The notes under the pieces are model-generated. The model worked only from the letters and a program-made list of their open reading frames with translations. It ran no database searches and was not told the origin of the DNA. A stretch of DNA of 11,377 nucleotides from a candidate division WOR-3 bacterium (lineage in GTDB: Bacteria > Hydrothermota > UBA3072 > B12-G15). This document shows positions 1 through 6,013 of the stretch, piece by piece (position 1 is the stretch's first letter; each line of letters starts with the position of its first letter). The stretch is taken from contig CBFGJG010000057.1 in NCBI GenBank assembly GCA_965649055.1, positions 1 to 11,377 of the forward strand, given 5' to 3'. Made by a program: the position numbers and the translations under genes.

Positions 1-42
1 AGAAGAATAGAAGAAATATTGAAGGAAAGAACTTATGTTTAG
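1..42 (+). CDS. possible 3' end of a convergent gene entering from the left edge
   Basis: Frame 1 reads RRIEEILKERTYV* (TAG 40-42) and is purine-rich like coding strands here. Too short to identify. Confidence 0.3.
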   Translation, partial: RRIEEILKERTYV

Positions 43-91
43 AAAACAATGTGACATATTTTATAGTAAAAACATATGACATATATTATAG
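43..91. repeat. imperfect tandem direct repeat (2 x ~23-24 nt)
   Basis: aaaacaatgtgacatattttatag (43-66) vs aaaacatatgacatatattatag (69-91). Each holds a small dyad (ATGT-G-ACAT 49-57; ATATG-A-CATAT 74-84). Confidence 0.45.
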
Positions 92-162
92 AAATAACAA
101 TTCTATATTTAATTAAAATTAGAATTTAAGATGAACTTTAAATTAAAATCTTTAAAAAATAA

Positions 163-285
163 TTATTTTACAATAATAAATTTCCTTGAATCTTTTAACA
201 CCTTCAAATGCATTCCAAGAACCCTATCTGAAATTTCATAGACAAGAACCTTAAGATTTGCCCTATATGGGAGTTTCATATTCAT
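163..285 (-). pseudogene. degenerate, internally deleted copy of the T9SS C-terminal-domain coding region of the 6014-8149 gene; intact 40-aa mini-ORF
   Basis: Translates MNMKLPYRANLKVLVYEISDRVLGMHLKVLKDSRKFIIVK*, vs MNVKLPYRANLKVLVHDISGRVLG...LKGAKKFILVK* in the 711-aa protein. By hand alignment 199-285 matches 6136-6223 at 77/88 nt and 163-198 matches 6014-6049 at about 25/36. Its ATG overlaps the GT2 stop (TGATG). Confidence 0.85.
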
Positions 286-1124
286 CAAGACTTTAAAAAA
301 TCAATCCCATAAAAAATTTTCAGAAAATTATGAAGGATGATGAATTCCAATGGATACCTGTATTTTCTAAAATATAATAAAAGGCTTCTATTTCTTAGCC
401 TGTTCACATTAACAAAAAATTCTCTACCTTTTAGCATTGTAATCCCTTTTCCTTTATGATAGACCCTTACATCCTTAAAATAATAGATCTTTTCTTTATT
501 AAAAAATCTCCTCTGGAATTCTATATCTTCAAAATATAATTTGAAATCTTCATTAAAAAGACCATATTTATCGAATACATCTCTTTTAAAGATAACAAAA
601 CAATTTTCAACGTGTGAAACAACCATATTTTTCTTATGATAATAAACAGGGAAAATATAACTAAGATTTATAGGGAAAAACTTAAATCTTTCATAAAACC
701 TAAAAAATTCTATGAATATATTAAAAATATTCGGGAAGACATTCCCCGCTGTCCTCTGTATTTCGGCATTTTCAGATAATATAAGTGGTGCAGCACCAAT
801 AAATTTGCTATCATCCAGTAAATCAAGGAGTTTCGTTATAACATCATCATAGAACCATATATCCTGATTTGTGATAAGAATGTATGGAGAATTTGAAGAT
901 TCTATAAGCCTATTCAATGCAGGTGCAAAACCTATATTCTTCTCAGAGTTTATTATCTCAACATACCTGTATTTTTCTTTAATGTTTTCGATATTCTTTG
1001 AACCATTATTAAATATATAAATTCTGTAATCACAATTTGTGTATCTTTCTATCGAATCAAGAAGTTTTAAAAGATACTCATATCCATCAAGGACAGGTAT
1101 CAAAATATCTATTCTTTTATCCAT
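285..1124 (-). CDS. glycosyltransferase family 2 (GT-A; WbbL/rhamnosyltransferase-like)
   Basis: N-terminal IDILIPV, NNGS, NIGFAPALN, NQD (DxD-equivalent), and GLFNEDFKLYFEDIEF / VYHKG motifs typical of GT2. Start overlaps the wbqC stop. Confidence 0.9.
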   Translation of the reverse strand: MDKRIDILIPVLDGYEYLLKLLDSIERYTNCDYRIYIFNNGSKNIENIKEKYRYVEIINSEKNIGFAPALNRLIESSNSPYILITNQDIWFYDDVITKLLDLLDDSKFIGAAPLILSENAEIQRTAGNVFPNIFNIFIEFFRFYERFKFFPINLSYIFPVYYHKKNMVVSHVENCFVIFKRDVFDKYGLFNEDFKLYFEDIEFQRRFFNKEKIYYFKDVRVYHKGKGITMLKGREFFVNVNRLRNRSLLLYFRKYRYPLEFIILHNFLKIFYGIDFLKS

Positions 1125-1789
1125 TCAATACTTCTTTTTCCTTCATTAAACAATAAATCAACGATTGATAATCCATATATAAATCCCAAACCTAACTGTC
1201 TATATTCTTTAACCTTTTTGTAATATTCAACTTTTATTCCATTTTTCTCCATCAGTTCAAAATCAATATATTTCTTACCACCTTCACCTGATAAATAAAT
1301 ATTCCCATTCAATTTATTCAGTATCTCAATGATTCTTTCAGTCTTGGAAGATTTTATACCGAGTTCGCTTGAAAAGACAAAATCCTTCTTTATACCAAGG
1401 AAATCATTAATTCTGCTAATACCGAATAGATTGAAATCCATAAGGAATCTGAATTTTTTACTGTAAATTATCTTTATTAAATCAAACACATCAAAAAAAT
1501 ATGTTGATTTTCTGTAATAATGATAGAATGTATTTATATGTTTCTTTATCCATTCCCTGTCATTATCTATCTCTGTATCTTTTATAATCTGAAAATATTT
1601 TCCCTTTTTTATCACAGGGACTGTTAGCCATCCTGCAAAGTTCTCATATTTAATAAGTGTCCTCTGTGTAAAGGACCTTCTTGCAAACTGGACATCGTCA
1701 AGGACGACAAATATATCCGAAAGATAGATTTTTTTAAAAAATCCCGTATGTGGTAGAAAGTTGGGTTGATGAATAGCTATCCTAATCAT
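1109..1789 (-). CDS. wbqC: WbqC family protein (putative glycyl/aminoacyl transferase in surface polysaccharide synthesis)
   Basis: Diagnostic AIHQPNFLP, DIFVVLDDVQF, WLTVPV, YLSGEGGKKY and LSIVDLLFNEG; 226 aa. Confidence 0.92.
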   Translation of the reverse strand: MIRIAIHQPNFLPHTGFFKKIYLSDIFVVLDDVQFARRSFTQRTLIKYENFAGWLTVPVIKKGKYFQIIKDTEIDNDREWIKKHINTFYHYYRKSTYFFDVFDLIKIIYSKKFRFLMDFNLFGISRINDFLGIKKDFVFSSELGIKSSKTERIIEILNKLNGNIYLSGEGGKKYIDFELMEKNGIKVEYYKKVKEYRQLGLGFIYGLSIVDLLFNEGKRSIEWIKE

Positions 1790-2819
1790 TTAAAACCTTT
1801 TCCCTATAAACATTATAACTTAAATTTTCTTCAGCGAATCTTCTTATGTTTCTTGAATAATCATTATAATTTTCAAGTATTCTTAATATATCTTTTTCAC
1901 TTATATAATCCGGGTCTATAACAATCCCCAATTTTTCTTTCTCTACTATCTCCTTTAATGCACTTATCCCTTTATGGACAATAACAGGTATTCCTGACGC
2001 AGCATACTCTGAAAACTTTGTTGTTAAAAGATACCTTGAATTTTCATTCCTCCCTTCCATTATAAGTCCAAAATTTAATCCCGGAAGAAATGCTTTCAAT
2101 CTATCTTTATTTAAATAAAATGAATAAACATCTTTTCCTTTAAATTCTTTCCTTGTAAGAATAACAAGTTTCAGGCCCTTTATATATTCTTTGAATTTAT
2201 AGAATGTTTTAAATATATCTTCTTCGGTGTTCTTATCAGGAATTGTTCCAAGATAAACCATTGTTTTATTTCTGTATTTCTCTTTCATTCTAAAAAAATC
2301 TGTATCAACAGGTATAAAAACAACATCGACATTTTTAAAATTATAATTTTTTATAATGAAATCTTTAATCTCATAATCAGGAACAAAAACCTTCTGAGCA
2401 CCTGAAATTGCTCTTTTTTCAACACTTCTTAAAAACTTTTCATCTTTATCTAAATAAATCTTCCCTTCCTTTGAATATATACCTGGCATAAAAAGATAAT
2501 ATTTTTTCCTTATCAGAGAAAAGAAAAAACCTAATGGTATACCTCTTACAAATATCTTCTTGTTCCTTAAAAAGGGATAAAATAAAGAAAGATAAAATAA
2601 TGTTTCACACAGTAAAATGAAGAAATGAATTCTATCAGGATGTGTTTCTGTGTTTATTATGGGTAAAATAAATGACTTCTTATAGAAATTCCCTTTTAAT
2701 AAATCTCTGATGGTGATAAAAGAGATTGTTTTTGTCCCTAATGGTTTTATAAAATTTGAATAAGCGAGTGATTCTCTCCCTGTTCCCTCAATTGCTGTAA
2801 ATAATAAAACATCTTTCAT
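1782..2819 (-). CDS. glycosyltransferase family 4-like (GT-B)
   Basis: PVDTDFF, MVYLGT, TKFSEYAASGIPVI and the C-terminal IRRFAEENLSY helix typical of GT4. The N-terminal half is divergent. Confidence 0.85.
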   Translation of the reverse strand: MKDVLLFTAIEGTGRESLAYSNFIKPLGTKTISFITIRDLLKGNFYKKSFILPIINTETHPDRIHFFILLCETLFYLSLFYPFLRNKKIFVRGIPLGFFFSLIRKKYYLFMPGIYSKEGKIYLDKDEKFLRSVEKRAISGAQKVFVPDYEIKDFIIKNYNFKNVDVVFIPVDTDFFRMKEKYRNKTMVYLGTIPDKNTEEDIFKTFYKFKEYIKGLKLVILTRKEFKGKDVYSFYLNKDRLKAFLPGLNFGLIMEGRNENSRYLLTTKFSEYAASGIPVIVHKGISALKEIVEKEKLGIVIDPDYISEKDILRILENYNDYSRNIRRFAEENLSYNVYREKVLND

Positions 2820-2820
2820 A

Positions 2821-4563
2821 TTAAAAAGGATGCCCTATACTTATATATAATTTACCCTTGTATGTTTCACTCCATTGTTCCAGTTTCCTACCATAGTCTA
2901 TTCTTATTGTCCCAATCTGTGTTATATATCCAAAACCAATACCTGTTCCTGAATATATATCTTTAAAGTCAATATCATCCATTGAAATCCAGTTATTACC
3001 TATATCATAAAAGAAGATTAGATAGAACCTTGAAAGAAATCTTATCCTGAATTCAATATTCAAAAGTAAGATATTAAGACCACTTTTTTTCCCCCTTATA
3101 TCCGGAATACCTATAGATGCCTCATCGTATCCTCTTATACTCCTCCAACCACCAAGTTCAAGCCTCGCATCAGGTGTTATATCATATTCATCCATTTCTG
3201 GTAATGTAAAAACAGTTTTAAGCCTCATACATAATGTTGAATTATAAATTCCCTTGTATATTGCGTTCTCAAGATGGAATCTGTAATATCTATTATAACC
3301 ACCAAGGAAACCACCTGCTTTTTCAACACTACCAAATAGATAATATCCATTCAAAGGATTTATAATATTGTCTCTACCTTCTGACAATGAATTTATAACA
3401 ATAGAATTTGTTGACCTGTATTCAGTTGTATCTATAAAATAGCCTGTTGTATCAACCTTTGCCTGTCTTAAATTTAAAATCAATGAAATCATATTCCTTT
3501 CAAAGAATCTCACAAAACTCATATTAAAGAGCCTGATATCCTGTGTGAAAGAAGTATCTTTTATAAATCTATATTCAGGTTTTATCTCAAATTGAACTTC
3601 CCTTCCCAAAAGATAAGGTTCTTGATAGGTTAGTTTGAAATAAAAGCTGTAATTTGAACTGAATTTAAATGCTAAACTTGATTCTATTTTTATCCTCTGA
3701 AGATTATTGAAAAGATTGTTATGACCCCAGCTTATTTCTATGTTTACCTTATCAGGTGATTCATAGCCAAATCCAAAACCAATCCATTTTTTCTTCATCT
3801 CTTCCAACCTGAAAATGATATCCAATGAATCTTCATTCACCTTCAGGACCTCATATTCTATTTCACTGAATAGCTGAGTTCCGAACAATCTATTCTGTGT
3901 CTCGAATATCTTATCTGAATTATAAATATCGTTTCTTTTTACCCTGATTTCCCTTTCAATTATTCTATTCCTCACACTTGTATTTCCTTTAAAACTTACA
4001 TTTCTTATATAAAATTTATTCCCTTCATCTATCTTGATTTTCAGATAAACAAGATTTCCTTCCCTTTCAATCTCATAGTTAAGATTCATATCAATATAAC
4101 CAATTGTAGAATATTTCCTCGTTAAAAAAAACGCCCCTTTTCTTATTTTAAAACCATCAAACCATTCTCCTATTTTTATATCTAATATCTTTAATATATC
4201 ATTTGATTCAAGCTCATTATTACCTGAAATTGTTATATCACCTATTTTTGACCTTTCTCCCTCATATATAACAAATGTGAAATTAACCTTTTTCCTATTT
4301 TGCTCATATTCCCCTTTTCTTTCAATAATCCTTGCATCAAAGAAACCTTTTTCCCTGTAATATTCGATTATTCTTTCCATATCTTTCTTTATAGTTTCTT
4401 CATTGAAATCTCTGCCTTTCTTTGATATTATAATACTGGAAATCTCTCTTGATTTTATCTTCTTATTCCCTTCAAAACCAATCTTTCCTATAATTATATT
4501 ATTTGTCTTCTGTATATTATATGTGCAGGAGAGAAAAAGAAGGAATATTAGGAATTTTTTTTT
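2821..4563 (-). CDS. Omp85/BamA-TamA family outer-membrane protein with 3 POTRA domains (TamA/TamL-like); start uncertain
   Basis: Three POTRA repeats (IGFEGN.., ITISGN.., VSFKGN..), a barrel with LGGWRSIRGY (VRGF/Y lid motif) and C-terminal ISIGHPF. The frame is open from 4380 to 4563 (KKKFLIFLLFLSCTYNIQKTNNIIIGKIGFEGNKKIKSREI...KKDMERI), so the track's Met at 4380 lies in the middle of POTRA1. Confidence 0.9.
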   Translation of the reverse strand, partial: KKKFLIFLLFLSCTYNIQKTNNIIIGKIGFEGNKKIKSREISSIIISKKGRDFNEETIKKDMERIIEYYREKGFFDARIIERKGEYEQNRKKVNFTFVIYEGERSKIGDITISGNNELESNDILKILDIKIGEWFDGFKIRKGAFFLTRKYSTIGYIDMNLNYEIEREGNLVYLKIKIDEGNKFYIRNVSFKGNTSVRNRIIEREIRVKRNDIYNSDKIFETQNRLFGTQLFSEIEYEVLKVNEDSLDIIFRLEEMKKKWIGFGFGYESPDKVNIEISWGHNNLFNNLQRIKIESSLAFKFSSNYSFYFKLTYQEPYLLGREVQFEIKPEYRFIKDTSFTQDIRLFNMSFVRFFERNMISLILNLRQAKVDTTGYFIDTTEYRSTNSIVINSLSEGRDNIINPLNGYYLFGSVEKAGGFLGGYNRYYRFHLENAIYKGIYNSTLCMRLKTVFTLPEMDEYDITPDARLELGGWRSIRGYDEASIGIPDIRGKKSGLNILLLNIEFRIRFLSRFYLIFFYDIGNNWISMDDIDFKDIYSGTGIGFGYITQIGTIRIDYGRKLEQWSETYKGKLYISIGHPF

Positions 4564-5096
4564 TTAAAAAATGGAATGAGTAAGGAAATAATTATAACAA
4601 CACCAGCAATGATTCCACCCCATATTCCCATCAAGGTTAGAAAACTCACTATAACGGCTGCTATCAAAACACCGATACATATAAATATAAAACTCTTCAA
4701 TATTGAAAGGTCAAAAAGGAATGCAAGGATTGTTCCAGTCCATGCACCTGTTAAAGGTAATGGTATTCCAACAAAGATTGCAAGCCCTAATTCTTTATAT
4801 CTTTCAATTATTTTTCCCCTCTCCCTTCTACTTTCAAAGAACCTCTTAAAGAAAGATATTTTTGAAAGTGGCTTTATTATGAAAAGTAAAGGTAAGACAG
4901 GCAAAATATTCCCTATTATTGAAAAAATAACTGATTTATAAAATGGCATTTTAAAAGTATAATAACTTACAGGTATTCCACCCCTTAATTCAAATATTGG
5001 TAGCATTGAAATAAAGATAGAACCTAACTCAACAGGCATCCTTGATGCTATTTCAATTATTTTATCCTTAAATGAAGAAATTAATATTAATAGCAC
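4548..5096 (-). CDS. COG2426 / 'small multi-drug export' family membrane protein
   Basis: Family motifs SMLPIFELRGGIP, GNILPV and FVGIPLPLTGAWTG; several hydrophobic helices; GTG start. Confidence 0.88.
   Translation of the reverse strand: MLLILISSFKDKIIEIASRMPVELGSIFISMLPIFELRGGIPVSYYTFKMPFYKSVIFSIIGNILPVLPLLFIIKPLSKISFFKRFFESRRERGKIIERYKELGLAIFVGIPLPLTGAWTGTILAFLFDLSILKSFIFICIGVLIAAVIVSFLTLMGIWGGIIAGVVIIISLLIPFFKKKNS
4555..4565 (-). repeat. A11 homopolymer (coding strand) preceded by T6, at the COG2426/Omp85 junction
   Basis: Minus strand reads CCATTTTTT-AAAAAAAAAAA-TTCCTAATA. Confidence 0.9.
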
Positions 5097-5100
5097 TTTC

Positions 5101-5961
5101 TTAGATTGCTAATCCAAGTAATATTGAATTAAGTTTAGTTTCCATTGTATCGGACCTTGAAAGCATAACAACAGGTTTCTTTGTTCCTACTATTATCCCA
5201 GCTGCTTTGGCATTTGCAAGGTATATCAATGATTTTGCAATTCCATTCCCTGAAACTATATCAGGGACAAGTATAATATCAACATCACCTGATATATCTA
5301 TTTTAACCCCTTTCATTTCAGATGCTTCTTTTGATAAGATAATATCCATTGCAACAGGTCCTTCAACAAAACAATCCCCAAAATCACCCCTTTGTGCCAT
5401 CTTTGATAAAGCTGCTGCATCCATTGTCTCGGGCATATCAGGGTTAACAACCTCAACAGCAGAAAGTATACCTACTTTCGGTTTTTCTATCCCAATCCCT
5501 TTTGCAAAATTTACTGCATTTTTTAATATTTCCTTCTTTGTTGGAAGATCAGGTCTTATACACATACCACCATCCGTTATCATCAGGATTTTATGATAAT
5601 TTGGTATATCAAGTATTGCTATATGGCTTAAGATCCCTTTATCAAAAAGACCGTATTCTTTATTCAAGACACCTTTTAAAAATATAGATGTCTGGACTGA
5701 ACCTTTCATCAAAATATCACCTTTTCCATCTCTCAGGAGTTCACATGATACACGAACGCTCTCTTCATGTGAATAAGCAGGAATTATTTCAATATCTTTA
5801 ACCTTATCCTTTATCTTTTCAGGATTTCCAACAAGTATCGGATAAAATAAACCTTCTTCCTTACCCTTTATTGCAGCATCTATCTCTGAAAATTTTTCAC
5901 ATCCTGCAATTATTACTTTCTTATTTTTATCTATTTTCTGGAAGATATCGTTAAGTCTCAT
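5101..5961 (-). CDS. ptb: phosphate butyryltransferase / phosphate acyltransferase (PTA_PTB family)
   Basis: ILMKGSVQT, ILSH, ITDGGMCIRPD, LSAVEVVNPDMPETMDAAAL, VEGPVAMD, ILVPDIVSGN and PVVMLSRSD. ATG at 5961 (MRLNDIF, 286 aa) is preferred over the GTG at 5976, which lies inside a hairpin. Confidence 0.88.
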   Translation of the reverse strand: MRLNDIFQKIDKNKKVIIAGCEKFSEIDAAIKGKEEGLFYPILVGNPEKIKDKVKDIEIIPAYSHEESVRVSCELLRDGKGDILMKGSVQTSIFLKGVLNKEYGLFDKGILSHIAILDIPNYHKILMITDGGMCIRPDLPTKKEILKNAVNFAKGIGIEKPKVGILSAVEVVNPDMPETMDAAALSKMAQRGDFGDCFVEGPVAMDIILSKEASEMKGVKIDISGDVDIILVPDIVSGNGIAKSLIYLANAKAAGIIVGTKKPVVMLSRSDTMETKLNSILLGLAI

Positions 5962-5997
5962 AAAAAAAGCCCCCACCTTTTTAAAAGGCAGGGGCTT
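5962..5997 (-). terminator. Rho-independent terminator after the 711-aa gene
   Basis: Minus strand AAGCCCC-TG-CCTTTTAAAAAGG-TG-GGGGCTT-TTTTT: GC-rich stem with two G-U wobbles followed by a U7 tract, 16 nt after the stop codon at 6014. Confidence 0.85.
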
Positions 5998-6013
5998 GAA
6001 ATAATCCTTAAGA

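Noticed and set aside
43..113. CRISPR-like array
   Set aside because: Only two imperfect units with about 2 nt between them; no spacers and no cas genes.
163..293. Diversity-generating retroelement TR/VR pair (with 6014-6231)
   Set aside because: Mismatches are not confined to template adenines on either strand, there are indels and a large deletion, and no reverse transcriptase is in the window. The pattern fits AT-biased drift.
4378..4380. ATG at 4380 as the Omp85 start
   Set aside because: It falls within POTRA1 and would leave no signal peptide; the frame and POTRA similarity continue upstream.
4576..4941. 121-aa plus-strand ORF
   Set aside because: Antisense shadow of the well-supported COG2426 gene with no recognisable motifs.
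5207..5687. Plus-strand ORFs 5207-5596 and 5502-5687
   Set aside because: Antisense to ptb; no independent evidence.
5962..5976. GTG start at 5976 for ptb (MGAFF extension)
   Set aside because: It lies within the terminator stem and U tract; ATG at 5961 gives a more typical N-terminus.
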